Shown one piece after another: positions 11,954 to 25,609 of a stretch of DNA of 64,000 bases. Below the pieces are notes generated by a model. That model had not been told where the DNA came from, made no database searches, and saw only the letters and a list, made by a program, of their open reading frames with translations. The stretch comes from Oopsacas minuta. Lineage: Eukaryota; Animalia; Porifera. The translations under genes and the position numbers were made by a program. Positions within the stretch are counted from its first letter, which is position 1. Each line of letters begins with the position of its first letter. The DNA lies in assembly GCA_024704765.1 (NCBI GenBank), contig JAKMXF010000011.1, positions 1 through 64,000 of the forward strand. The letters are read 5' to 3'.

Positions 11954-14579
11954 TATATACACAAAATTGTCTAGAATATTTGAAAACACAAATTTTCTAA
12001 TATTTAATATATGCAATAGACCGCGGACTATGGCAGCATTAGATAATATACTTGATAAACTTATGAGAACATGTTAGTTGACCAGGTTCGGACTAAATTT
12101 GTCAATATTCGTTCCACCATATATTTTCTACCAACACCTTGCTAATTAATGGTGTAGAATGTCAAATATCGATGCCTAATTGAAAAATGTAGAAAATTTT
12201 CACGAAAATATATTTTCTCATAAAAACGTGTTACAACATGTCTTTATTCCATGTTAGTTAGTCTTTTCAGTTTCATCACATAACTCAGCAACACATAGCA
12301 TTTATGGCCATTTTTTGAGTATTTCTGGATTGGTTAAATATTAGTTTTAGCTACTCCACAATTAGACGAAGACGATTTGTTTGCTTCAGTAGCCAAGACT
12401 GGACGCAAAAAAACTGTAAAACTAAAGGGTACGGTTGATAAGTGGATTGTAGGAGTGTGGTGCGACAATTGGTACCATATGTTGTGTATGGGTATCAAGT
12501 ACAAAAAGGATATCCTACGTCATTATTTCTGTTAAAATTCTGCTTGTCAGTAATGATTTGGTTGTAATTAATTATATCTAATCGTTGTTGAGGCAGAAAA
12601 GGTAAAGGATCGTATTATTCCAACATATCGACACAATTCAGTATCATTGTAACATAATAGAAACGTGAATATGGTGAACATATGACTAAAATACATCAAA
12701 ATAATTATAGTCAAAATAAATCGATGATAATCAAAGGTGAAAGTACTCATATTTAATTTAAGGATCATTAACTAATACATACAGTTACAATTGTTGGGCC
12801 TTAATAAAACTTCTATATAATTGGGCATGTTTTAAATGATGGCCTTTCAAAAATATGAACTGTATTTTGCATACGAGGAATAGCATCTATCAAGTCTTTG
12901 CTAGTATGTTATTTCGATAATTTTCGCATTAACAATCTGTCCTTGTTGTATATGCAAGTTTGACAATGCCTGAAGAAAAATTAACCCTCAGACATGAATT
13001 TCAAAGGAAATTTCACAGTAAAGACAGGTGGAACACCTTTGGTTGTTTTAGCCTAAACTCTATCATTTTAAATATTATGAGGGACAAATAATTCAAAGGG
13101 GGACTTGTCTGACTAGAAAACCCTTTTCCTATTCCTATATTCCACTCATGGTATTATTGGCAAATTCTAGGCGGTCTTGAATATTTTGGCTGATATTCGA
13201 GGTATTTTTCTAATTTTACAGGGATTTTCCAAATTTGATGCCTCGAATGTCGATAAATAGTCATGTACGACACAGCTTCGCCATCCGACGTAATTCTTTT
13301 TGAAAGTTTTCATGTCGATTTTCAAATTAACCAAAAGACTTTGCGATCAGAATTTTGTTACCCCATTTATACTTTTCGACCTGCCAGAACGGGTACTAGT
13401 TTCCAAAGTTGTACCATTCTTATGAGCATTCCACCATCTTTTAAGTATTTCTCATATTTTTATGAATGAACAAATTATACCGCTGATACGCCACAATAAT
13501 AATACAATGAGCCACGTGCCGCATGCATAGTCCGGTGGATCTCATGTGGAACTGTAACAAGTTTCTCATTAACATTGGCCTTATACTAGGATAAGCGAAT
13601 ATTCTGTGTACAAGGTAAACAACTTTGAATTAGTCTTAGAAACTTGGATGCAACGGATACATAGGATATTAATGCTGAGTCTGATTTTTCATTTTTACTT
13701 TGTTAAATGAAAGTTCTTTGGATATTAACAGTATGAGTCTTAATGGGCGAATTTTTATGAGTTAAACCTAACTAGAACAAATTCTCTCTGATGAGGTATC
13801 TTTAAATTGTCACATCTTATAGCTAATATAGAAAAACAATGAAATTTACAAGACTAACTTTTGGCTCGTTGCTTCGCGGTGAACTCGGCTCATTGCGCCT
13901 CAAAGTATCCATAATTATCTAAATACACGGACCCCTTCGGGAGGTAGTTAGGTAATTCATAAGTAGATAATTACACTATATTAAAAGTCAGCCTGAACAA
14001 TTGAATCTGCTTGTTACCGCATTGGTATATGCCCTAAGAGAATAGACCTAAAGCCCACGTTTTACACATGATATAAACTAATGCCAAGGCAGACCTTGTT
14101 TTAGGCTAGCCTATACCTTTCCTGGGGTCATCTGTCCTAGGATCCTAGCTCAGAGTATACCCGATTAAACTATGGTCAAGGGCAGATAGTATGCTTTTGA
14201 GTAGGGGAGTAATCTGAGCCTTCACACCAGGATCCCTTGATTTGAAAATATGATCAGCATTGTATACCCTAGTAAGTCGTATCAACACAATTTATTTCTA
14301 CTATCTAGGAATATATGGAAAATGTGATGGGGAATTTGTACTTATGTTATCATTTTAGCTTCAATTATACTACATATTACTATTATTGCATTCCTCTACA
14401 TCAGTGTTCCTCAACGTCTGACATTGCATTCCTCCCATAACGACTCTCAGGTTCTTCCATAACCTCCCTATGTTTGAATCATCATTATGCCTTATTTTGT
14501 AATAGTAATGATAAATTTCAGTTAGTCGACCAAACAAATAATTGTTCTCTAATAATTGAGTGACTATCTTACCAATATC

Positions 14580-17157
14580 CAGGGTTAGGGTCAATTACAT
14601 TTGTTTAATTACAATTACGAATCAATTACAAGACAGGTAAAATGTTTGATTATAATTAATTACAATTATAGACGTACGAAAATTTCTAATTATAATTACA
14701 TTTCAATTTTTTCCCTCCAATTACAATTAATTACAATTACACTGTATGAATAGTACATTCAATAATGAATGCAATAAACAAGATACAGCATAAATTAAGA
14801 CAATCTTAATAACTAAACAAATTATGAGACGAATATTATACTAATCTACTATTTAAGAAGGATGATACTATTTCCAACTCAAATTAAATTCTTAATGGTA
14901 GCTAGAGTTGCACCTTATGAACATTAGTTCTTCAAACCGATGATCTGATATCCTACATCTCTCTGGCTATCGAAAACAACCTTTCAACAGGGGCTGATGA
15001 AGCGGGTGTTGTAAGATACCACAAAGCAACTTTAGTAAGCTGAGGAAATTCTTCCTGGTGTTGCTGCCAATAGATTAATGGCTCAACATTCTCTGAAATC
15101 GTTGGTTGAGAGAGATAGATATTCACCTGGGTTTGTGACGTTTCCTTTGAATTCGATATTGGAGTACTTTGAGATGCCATAAGGTTGAATAGTTTGCATC
15201 TTTTCCTTGCAGGTAATGATGTTGCCTCCAATTCATCCATTTCATTTGGTCCATATTGTAATGAGACTCTTTCAATAAGGAGATTAGTGTAACGAGTAAC
15301 TCCATCAGGTCTACACCAGTCTAATTTCCACCTTGGATCAAGGATTGCTGCTATTTGAAATCCTTCATTTGTTCGTATCGTGCAAAACAGGTATTAACTG
15401 ATGTTATTAAAGTTGTGACAAATTGTGATATATATTTGGATGAAAGAGTGGTTAGTTCTGATCTCATACCTCGAATGCAGGGTAATATAAGACTAGCAAT
15501 GACGAGGTTCTGACCTTGGCACTGATCTGTTGGTATCTCAAAGGGAGTGAGTATTTCTGTTATTCTTTGAAGATTTTCATTTCGTACTTACTAAGTTTGC
15601 CAGGGAAATCTAACATTTCCATTTTCGCAGGATCCGCTTGAAGAATAGACTTTAGCATCTTATTAATACTATTCCATCTTGTATCATTCTTTGCTTGTAA
15701 CTTTATATCATTTTCAACTAACTTTGTAGCCAAGGTTGAATGGCGGATGTGGCTAACAAGTTTGGACTCTTTATTAATAGTATTCGATATTGATCTTATC
15801 TCCTTCAGTCCATCCTTAACTACTAGTTGAAGAGTATGTGCAAGAAGGGGACGTATTTAGGGAGGTAATCCAAAATATTGAAACCAGGAAGGAATTCCAT
15901 TTCATTGTCCTCATCATCACTGTCACTATCACTTACATTATCTACTTCAAATCCAGGAAGAGTTAACAACGCTTTAATCATATTTGCAGCATTGTCAGTG
16001 ATTATTGTAGTGATCTTTTTTCTCAATATTGAAACTACAAGTGACTTGTTGGTAATTTAGAAGTATGTTTTCAGCAGTGTGAGGACCCTTAAAGCGACGA
16101 CAGGCTAACATGACACTCATAAGTTTGAAATCCTCAATAAAATATCCTGTTTTGCCAACATAACTTCTCATATCTCTACTCGACCAGAGGTCTAATGTCA
16201 AACAGATAGCATCCACTGCATTGAGACATATGAGAATGTTGGCATGAAGTTGAGTTGTTCTCCCAGGTAGGAGCCTGGTACTAAGATGTTTACGGCTAGG
16301 TAAGATGTAGGCTGGTTGAGCTTTATGTAAAATGCACGGAAATTGGGATAGTCAACTCTGGAAAGTGGTTGTAGTGAGCAAGCAATAAAGTTTCCAACAC
16401 TTTTTGTAAGATATATTTGCCTAGGGTCTTTTAAACTCCAAGTGTCTGATGTAACAGAAATAAATTTCGTAATGCTCTGATTGGACGATGAATTAGTCGC
16501 GGGATTTATGTCAACCTCTGAATGATGCCTCTAGTGATTAGAAAAAAAGTAATTTAACCTTTCAATAGTGAAAATGTAACTACGTATTTTGAGACTTACC
16601 TTCATGTGAGTATGGAAGTTCGAGGTTGGTGTATAAGAGCCAGATACCAATTTGTTACATTGTTTACATTTCAATTACATCTGCAGCTAGTGTGATTTTC
16701 AGGAGGATCAAAGTGATCAAATATAAGAGGAGACATTGTAAATGAAATGTTAATGTGAATACTACGTTGGAAGTTGTTATAACAAATGAAAGTTCTAATT
16801 TATATTATATTTTGACAATGATAGTTTATTTGGCTTCTTTATTAAATGAAAATATTGATCGTTTCATTTGTTTTTTCACAGATTACATGTATTTTTAGTA
16901 TTCATGCTGCAGTGATATTTATAGGAATTTTGTGTTTACGAACACACAGAATTTTATCATTCACTGGAACATTTCACACCCATGAAAAATCGAATATGTA
17001 ATTGAATTATAATTGAACTGTTACACCAAATTGGAAATCAATTACGATTAATTACGTTTATAAGACTCCTGATATTTCAATTACAATTTAATTACGATTA
17101 CAGCGTCATTGTAATTTTTACAATCACACAATTATAATTGTAATGAACCTAACTCTA
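14580..17157 (-). mobile_element. hAT (Ac-like, BED-finger) transposon, decayed
   Basis: Imperfect TIRs cagggttagggtcaattac / gtaatgaacctaactcta, dense subterminal aattac/gtaatt arrays at both ends, and a degenerate 8-bp TSD (ccaatatc / cctataat). Confidence 0.85.
14953..16736 (-). pseudogene. hAT transposase (ZBED-like) with a 69-bp phase-0 intron (16531-16599) inside the BED finger
   Basis: MSPLIFDHF...CKQCNKLVSGSYTPTSNFHTHMK|RHH (gtaagt...cactag intron), LTLDLWSS, ITDNAANM, AHTLQLVVKDGL, and PASSAPVERLFSIA (C-terminal dimerisation domain). Several frameshifts. Confidence 0.87.
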
Positions 17158-17427
17158 CCTATAATGTATATTGATGAAATTAATTGCGACGATGCAGCTG
17201 ACCATAGATAGTACTCAACCAGAGTTTAGGCATTTACGTATAAATAGATAACCCTAACTAACCATAGTTTGGCATCCCACTCATAATCCTCTCTCGTTCC
17301 ACGGATAGTCCTAAACCACCTCTAAAAAACTCTTTGTCCTTATGAAAGGTTGGCGTACGATGCTCCTGGTTCTTGTAATTATTATTGCATCCTGGCAACC
17401 CCCAAGTTATCTTCGTATCAGTAATAA

Positions 17428-20364
17428 CACAGTGGCACGAAATGACAGTTTGGTGGAAATAGCAATTTATGTAACAGATATGCATTTATGATGTATTATT
17501 GACGTATAGGTTATCTACCCTATACAACAGATTTACACTATCAGAATTTATATACGGCTTCGGAATCACGAGTCATGACGTCATTGGAATGTCTATATAG
17601 TTATTAGAAATATACTTAATCATCCTCTATTATGAGGGAATTAGCAATAAGATCTTGTTTACTAAGAGTATCGCTGTTACTTGAGGTACTTTTCCGCATC
17701 TTTCTGTTTAGTGGAAGAATCGGATCACTTTGGCAGATGATCCGTGGGAAAACATCTTTTAAGTTTTCTTCAAAGGAAACTTCCTCGACAAACGTTCTCT
17801 AAATCTTCTGAGTAACTTATTGCTTGACTCCAGACCACACTCTGATAACTGTTCCAGTCCATAACCATCATTATAATCAGAAATAATGCTTGCTGCATGA
17901 GCTAACAGTTTGTGCATTGTAGGGGTTATGTTAGCTCAAGAAAATTGCGTCAAAATCAGCTGATAAAGTTCGCGACATACTAATGAGAGTTCGTCTGTGT
18001 GTATTCTTCTATTAGAATTATATACCCGTAGGATGGCTCCAAGGTAGGTGTGGATATCAGTGATCACTTGTTTGCAATTTGATGGTAATACTGTCAAAAT
18101 TCAGTACAGGAAGTCTCTCTCACTATCATCTTTCCTCACTAAGCATCGTCTCACAACATTTCCAGTTGTAGAAGTTCCACCTTGTGAAGAAGCACAATCA
18201 ATCATCAAATTCAACTTTTCTTTTAACAAACCGCAAATAAAACTCTTGGTGTATTGGACTTTAGTAGAAGTTGGTGACCATTTAGTTACTCCAGCAGTTA
18301 GATGGCTTACCAGAGACATAAACCAACTGAAACACCTAAGGTATGTGTGTAAAGGTGAACCCGGGATTATGTCTATATCAGATTAAGGTGCATGCATAAG
18401 ATTAAATCTTTCGTTAGAACTTAGTGAGAGAAATCACTCTTCATCAACTTCTTCAAATATGATCTTTGCATCACTGATAAACCTATTGATGGGAAAGCCA
18501 TCCTGGACAAAAGTTAAATCGTGCATCTGCTCGAATGTAGTTGTGCAAAACTGACAACAAGCTCCTCCTGCACCACTCAAAATTTGAGCCATTTTTCCAT
18601 CAATTTGCGAACGCAAAATTTGCACACTAGCAGTGATACCATTAATCAAATTTAGACCATCATTTTCGATATACTCAGTCTCCTTGTTAACCATTGTCGA
18701 CATAAGAGAGCCTACATTTTCTAGATTTTCTTGAAGAGCAAGTATGGTTATTGGCCTTATCGAGAATGGGGAATTCGGAACAGAGTTCTTCCAGAGGAGT
18801 TTCCTTAGTGATTGGTGATAGAAAGCACCTTAAATCCAAATAATAGAAAGTCCTTGGTTGTTCAATTGGGATGGGAAGTTGCTTGTTGATAAACGCGGTG
18901 GGAACCTAACCCATCTAACCCATCAGATATCCGAATCTTAAGTGGTTGGTCATCACTGTCAATGGGAGTATTTGTGGATATTATCCTATTCACTGTGTGA
19001 GTGAGTAATGTGTGATAGGAAATGCCAATGCCAACCGGATATTCTCTTTCCACTATTTCCATCTCATCAATTAGGCAAATTTGACAACGATGGATTGCAA
19101 CTCTATTGTAACCAGGAAGAGTGATATCCTCATTAGTTAATATACGTCTTAGGTCGATGTATTTTGACTTCCCAATTTCTAATGAGTCTAGTAAGAAGCA
19201 AGACGAATCTAAAGAGAGTTTCTTGTTGAAATTTCCTAATCCATGACTCCTGGCAATTATATTTTTGCTGATATTAGCGTGCTAACATCATGCTCTTCCT
19301 GTGAATACAACAACAGTAAGTAGCTAGAAATCATCTTAGGTGAAACTTCTTCCTGCTGTGCGACAGCTTCCAGATGTAATCTCAGGTTGGCTAATCGATA
19401 TCATATACCTTTATTACTTAATTCGCTGATGTGCTTCCGAGATACTCGACTAAAATCTTCCTCGAATGCAATTGTAGATTCCTTGAAGGGTCTAGCTTCA
19501 TTTGAAGACTGTGGAATGTCATCCATTTGAGGATCCCTACAAAAGAGCAATTCCTCCCAAGTTGCTAAGTCCTTCTCTTTCAAATATATTTTTCTTTCAG
19601 ACTTAATATTTGAAAATTTTCGGCGGAAAAGGTCACAATTGGACTCTTCAAGATTATATTTAGAAATAAACTCACGAGCAATCGTACTAAACGCTTCCTC
19701 CGAGTTGGACATATATAGAAATTGAAGGCTTCTTTGTTGTTCATTAGGACGGAGTAAAATTGAAACTAATTAATAAACAACCATAAGATAAAATTCGTTA
19801 CAAACAAAAGGGCTGTAAATTACGGGACGACCAGTAGAAATAGTTGCAAAACTCAATTAGCGCCAAGTTGCGACAGGCTAGAACTAAGTTTATTTTGTTT
19901 TAAATATAACTTTCTTCAAAATAAAATCCAATTTACAACGGGCAACAACGGGCAAAGATAGTTGTGGCATTTAAAACTCAATTGACCAAACATAAATTCA
20001 CCAAAATTATTTGGAATTTCTACCTAGTATATTCTAAAAGCTAATATTATAATTTAGTAGTCATGTATTTCATTATAATGGCCACTTAAAGTACTTCAAT
20101 ATGACAGGTTACAATTTTCATATAAATAACTAAAACAAGAATATGTGTCAAATTCCTTTGGCTACTTTGAGAAACCTTGATTTTTGTGTTTTATCATGTT
20201 GAAGTTGCTTATCTAGAAATAACTATTGTTCAAAAGTAAAACTATCAAATATCATTATATGCTGTATTTCTGGGTTTCTGAGTATGCTGAATAAGATAGG
20301 ATTAATTAGATATCAAAATATCACTGTCAAATATTGCGCAATTTCCACCTGTCGTGCCATTGTG
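17428..20364 (-). mobile_element. Transib/RAG1-like transposon A (2937 bp)
   Basis: Perfect 5-bp TSD AATAA (17423-27 / 20365-69). Left end CACAGTG+17 bp+GGTGGAAAT; right end (reverse complement) CACAATG+8 bp+GGTGGAAAT. Confidence 0.92.
17677..19712 (-). pseudogene. RAG1-core-like (Transib) transposase A
   Basis: RKHISELSNKGIRYRL (NBD-like), RISDGLDGLG (D600-like), SQIDGKMAQILSGAGGACCQFC (D708 + CxxC), STTGNVVRR, TPTMHKLLAH, and SECGLESSNKLLRRFRERLSRK (cf. RAG1 SEGNESGNKLFRRFR). Frameshifted. Confidence 0.88.
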
Positions 20365-22859
20365 AATAAGTATGTATTCAAGTAATTATTCAACAACTAT
20401 AATTGATTGAATAAAAGAAAAGGGTTAGTAAACAAATATGCATGTAGTGTAATGTATTTATACTATACGATATACTAGTGCAGTATTCTGCGGTTCTGTA
20501 CGGCATTAAAATATCCATATTAACCTTAATTCAAGGAAGTGCCTATGTCCTAGTATACAAGAATGCTATGGCATATTTGAAATCATATTTCAAAGATGAT
20601 AAAGAGGTGGTATTTCCTGTGGTATCCTTCAGACCGCATGCGACCTGATAATCCAATATAACTGTCTATGACATGTGGTTTGACAGATAATTTATGCTGC
20701 CCATACCTCTATGTAATTTCCTACACTGAACAATCAATCTAGTAGTAAATTGGTAAATTTAGGTTTCGAATTATACATCGCCCATAATATTAATTATATG
20801 AATTATAAATATCTCCTTGTATGACGATATACACATTTTGGTTTTTGTATATGAAGAATGACCGCAAAGAAAAGGAAGCTCAAGAGGAGCTCCAAATATT
20901 CATACCAGGATGGGAAGGAGAGTTTCGTGTAACTGAGCACTATTTTGTTTGTCTGTAATTTGTGATTCACAAATATCTTCCATGAAGAGTAGCAATTGAA
21001 CGAACATTATGCAGCAAGGCACAAATTGTTTACAATGATAAATATCCAATGTACACTACTGTCTGATTGGCCAAAAAGCTGTACTAAGAAGAAAGCATTC
21101 AACAGTTGAGGCTTTGACATCATTCTGGAGTTAGGTACATGAGAAAAATCTGAGATTTATAGCAATTGTTCTGCTGTCAATATTTGGATCTGCGTAATGT
21201 TGAGAATAAGCTCGACTGTACTGTATTCTTTGATGAATGCAGTACAGTCGAAGACATGTAATAGTCTTACAACACAACACACATCAGAATTATTAAAAGC
21301 TGCAGGCACAAGTTATTCATCTCAATTCGAAGTTGTCCCTAAATAGTCCAAGTGCATCCATCACAATAGCATTAAATTATTCAACTATCTATCATGAAAA
21401 TTGATGTATTTCACATTACATATTAAACTTAGTAAATTCTATAATGCTTACAAGTAATTTGCATCAATAAGTATTGAAGGAATCAGGAGGACAAGTATAT
21501 TCAATAAGTTTCACCATAAATTGAATTTGAGCTATTGACATCGATTTCCGCCTGTACAAAACAATTTAAGACGATGCAGCCTGATCAGAGAGAAAGTTGC
21601 GGAACCCTGATCTATAAAAATTTTGTAACAAATTTCAGTATCTGAATTGTCCATCACCTGATCCATTTCATAAACCGTTTTTCTGTCTATAACTTGGTAA
21701 TAGCTTACTCCGCAGAATTATTCGCAACAAATTCCCATATATAATTCCTTATTTCTAACTTAGCTGAAGGTTTTGTAAATATATAATTAATACTGAATCT
21801 TAGATATAGCGTTTCTGACTACTTCTTTGAGTAATTGTTTCAATAATCAAATTGTTCTACTCTGAATGGGGTAATTTTGTATTTCATCAACAAAGGTTAT
21901 ATTGTTGCTTATTCGGTAATCAAATTTTCATCTCTTCTACAAAACGCCTCAACTGCTATCCTGATAGGACTCAATACTTGCAGATTTATATGGTGTATAC
22001 TTTGTGAAATTGGGCTTTAAGTTCAGGTGGATTATTTGGCATTCTGAAAATATGAACTCTGTTATCTGGGTAATAACTATTTTAGCTTTGTTTTGGCGCC
22101 ATAATATTATGTCCACTTGTGCCATATATTTGTGTCTGTATTGTCTGTAGTGTATTCTTCATGTGTGTTTGCAATATCCTATGTATTTCTGTATATTAAG
22201 TTTGCTGTTTGTGTGAATTTAGTTGTTGTTGTATATAGGTCTTGAAAGTGAAGTGTTTTGCTGTATTGATGAAACTGACTGAGTCTGGTTGTCATTCTGT
22301 TGGCGATATGAAGTTCTTCGAATGAAGAATTTCTGGATCTAAAGGATAAAGGTTTGTTTGTTTATTGTGATTGCACATTGTATGTAGATAGCATTCGGTA
22401 AATAAGATCCCAAAAGCTCTACGCTTTCGGAGGAAAATTGAATTATAATTAACAACACATACCTTTTGGAAACGAGATATGAGGAGGGTGTTTGAACACA
22501 CAAATCCCCCTTAGATACACCACTGATTGGATCGCAAATATTTTGTTCCATATAGAATTGGGATATATCGTTGAAAATGAATGAACTCATGAATTAAGTA
22601 ATTCAATAAATATTTAATTTGGTTTGATATGGTTTTTAGGTTAATGTTGGTTTGATGGACCATGTGCGCTTTAATTATCATAAAAGCCCCTACAAAAACG
22701 CCTCAATGTTCGCTGATCTATATCAGATTTTTGCATCTCCAGCCCCTTTAGGTACTCAAGTAAGTTGAGAGAAAGATTATTGAATAATTTTAATTATTTA
22801 TAATACAATCCAAATTATAGATATAATAGTAGTACACTCCAAATATAAACACACATGCG

Positions 22860-24762
22860 AGTTCGGATTCAGCGTACTTAGTTATCCCTGGGTAGTCGTT
22901 TAGAGCAAGCCTGTATGCATATTTTGAATTTTGGATAATTTGTTTACTATATATTCATAAAAACAACAATAAATTTACATTCGAGAAACTTGAAAGTTCG
23001 AAATACTGGTTCAGCGTATTATGTTACCCTGTGTAGCCGTTTAGAGCAAGCCTGTGCGTATACAGAGTTAGGTATAAGTTCTGCAACAAGCATAAACTTG
23101 TATATTTCTAATGTTACCAAAGTAGTAGCTGAGATTCGTAATGAATTAGTAAATATACATACTAAGGATACGAAAATAATCTAGCTCTTCGAATGTAGTG
23201 CCCTTTGCTGCGATACATTGGCTCAATCGCTGTAGAAATTATCGGCAGCGGCACGCAACACATCTTCATTGATTAAATCCCACTCTCATCTCAAGGAAGA
23301 CTTCAGACTTTCGAAATTCTTGTGAGGCTTTGCACATGCCCTGGACTCTAAGATGGATCATATACAGAAATCCATAGGGTTTAGATCTGGAGAAGAGGCC
23401 GGCCATTCTTCAGTTGATATAAATTCCGATACTTTGAGTTTCAACCACTCAGATGTCATTTTGGCTTTGTGGGAGGGAACGGAATCTTGCTGGAACACCC
23501 AATGCGCGCCATTGAAGTGCTCACCACCCAAGGCTTCAATGCGGTCTATAAAATGCTCTCTACATACACCTCTTTGTTAATTTTCACCCCTTGGTCAATG
23601 GACACGAGAGGTGTCCGACCATCAGAGGTAATGGCTCCCCAAACCATGACAGATGCAGGTTTTTGAGTTCTTTTGATTGTGCGTATTGATGACGAGATAT
23701 AATTTTGATCTGGAAATAGAAGTCTCCTGTTTTGGCGATCATATGCCTTTTCTACAGTAAAAATCTTCTCATCGGAGAAGACAATACTCTGGCGTGTGCC
23801 ACCAGTGAACCTTTTTCTCAGAATCAGACATTTTTCATACTTACGCCTCTTATTCACCTCAGAAAGTAACTGTTCCTCTCGAAATTTGTAGCATTTCAAG
23901 CCTAAATCCTCTTTTACTATCCTCCCCATACTTTTGGTTGAAATATTGAAGTCTTTTGCCATGCCTTGGATGCTTCTGACAAGATTTTCCTGACCCTCTC
24001 CCGGACGAGCTTCCTAACAGCGGGTGTACGAACAGGACGAGGTCTACCTTTTCTGAACCTGTCCTGGGTACTGCCAGTCTCATTGTAACGTTTGATTGTA
24101 TGGTAGATAATCCATCTGTTTATGGACAGTATTTTTGATAATATAGAAGCTGACTTGCCTTCATTATGATACAAGATCACTAATGACCGTTTTGCTTCTA
24201 TATTCATAAATCAACAAAATTTTTCTACTAGGACTAAAACTCTAAATAGTGTTTAGAAGATATTGAAGATAATAAATGATAAATACATACTCATCTAAAA
24301 ACATTCCCTGAACCTCTAGCTAAATTTAAATTTTGTTGCAGAACTTATGCCTAAGCCTGTATTTTGAGATTTTGGATAATTTGTTTACTATTTATCCATA
24401 AAACAACAATAAATTTACATTTGAGAAACTTGAAAATGCGAAATTTGTATCCAGCGTACTTATTATCCCTGCATAGCCGTTTAGAGCAAGCCTGTTTGTA
24501 TATTATGAGATATGTAGAATATGTTCACTATATATTCTTGAAAATTACGATAAATTTACATGTGGTTAATCCAAAAGTGTGAAAATCGGATTCAGCATGT
24601 AAGATATATTCAGTAAAGTTTATCTGATTCTATGTGCTTCCTTGATAAACACGATAATAGATATTTATGCGAGAATTTTAAAATCGCATACCGTAAATCC
24701 TTTCCTTGAGAACGGTTATAACAAACAGACAAACAACATTTGAGGTTTAATAATATTGATGT
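22860..24762 (+). repeat. DINE-1/Helentron-associated-like non-autonomous element with ~141-bp central tandem repeats (~3.5 units), interrupted by a maT element
   Basis: The unit (cagcgtac..tttagagcaagcctgt..tattttga..ataaaacaacaataaatttacat..gagaaacttgaaa) recurs at 22870, 23012, 24452 and 24593, a period of 141-142 after removing the insert. The tail ends acaaacagacaaac...tttaataatattgat. A homologous copy lies at 42352-47850. The HINE assignment is inferred from structure. Confidence 0.6.
23063..24359 (-). mobile_element. maT (DD37D) transposon, frameshifted
   Basis: 27-bp TIRs cagagttaggtataagttctgcaacaa / ttgttgcagaacttatgcctaagcctg with TA flanks. The ORF pieces from 24207 downward include VFSDEKIF and FQQDSVPSH...WPASSPDLNPMDF (37-residue spacing). 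Confidence 0.92.
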
Positions 24763-25609
24763 GTCCGGTTTTGATAATTAGAAATGTCTCAAGCCTACTC
24801 GATATTCATGAAAGCTAATGTTAAATCAGTATAGCCAATTTATAGCATACTAGCGTGCTTCAATTGCTAGGTCGCTAGGCGAGAGCTTAGTGCCTCAGTT
24901 TAGATTAAGTTATAAACAGTTAAATTTCTCAGTGCCTTTGATTACAACGTGACGGGATTAACTTGGTACTTCGTTCTTCGGGTGTATAATAAAGCAGAAA
25001 TTTTAAAGATTTTATCATCCATGGCCATACAAATTAGTTGAATTACCTTCTGTGGTGACGCTGGAGATGCTTTGTCGCTTTTTGCAGTATCTCGACACTT
25101 CACTGCTTCGGATAATAAGAAAATTTGAAATTTTGCGAAATTTGGAAAATTGGATTTTTTGTACAATGATGCAGCCGTATTCACTAAGCATACTTAGTAC
25201 TCAAGTACTAAGTATGTACTTAGTTAAGTACGTACTTAAGTATGTACTTAATTAAGTACATACTTAAGTATCACTTATATTCATGAATTTGTGAGTTTCT
25301 GATGGATTGCTTTACAGAATTACTTTCAATCATTCAGGAATATACTTTCAAAACTTTCATGGTTTATGCATGATCTCACGATAATATTGTGGTTTACGTT
25401 CATGAAATACTTCACAAATAATGCTACAAGGAATTCCTCAAACGCTTATGATATAACATATCTGTTACTAAGGAATGCATTACTTTGTACGTAATATTGA
25501 ATAATATCATTCTGAATTATACATTCCAAGTTACACTAATGATTGTTTTGCTAAATACAATTATGATCAAATATAATATATAAATATTCCAGTATTTTAA
25601 TATAAACAA

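Noticed and set aside
20980-21140. Cullin-like motif (LLSTAFWP)
   Set aside because: It is a single short match without other cullin blocks, so it was left as unassigned decayed sequence.
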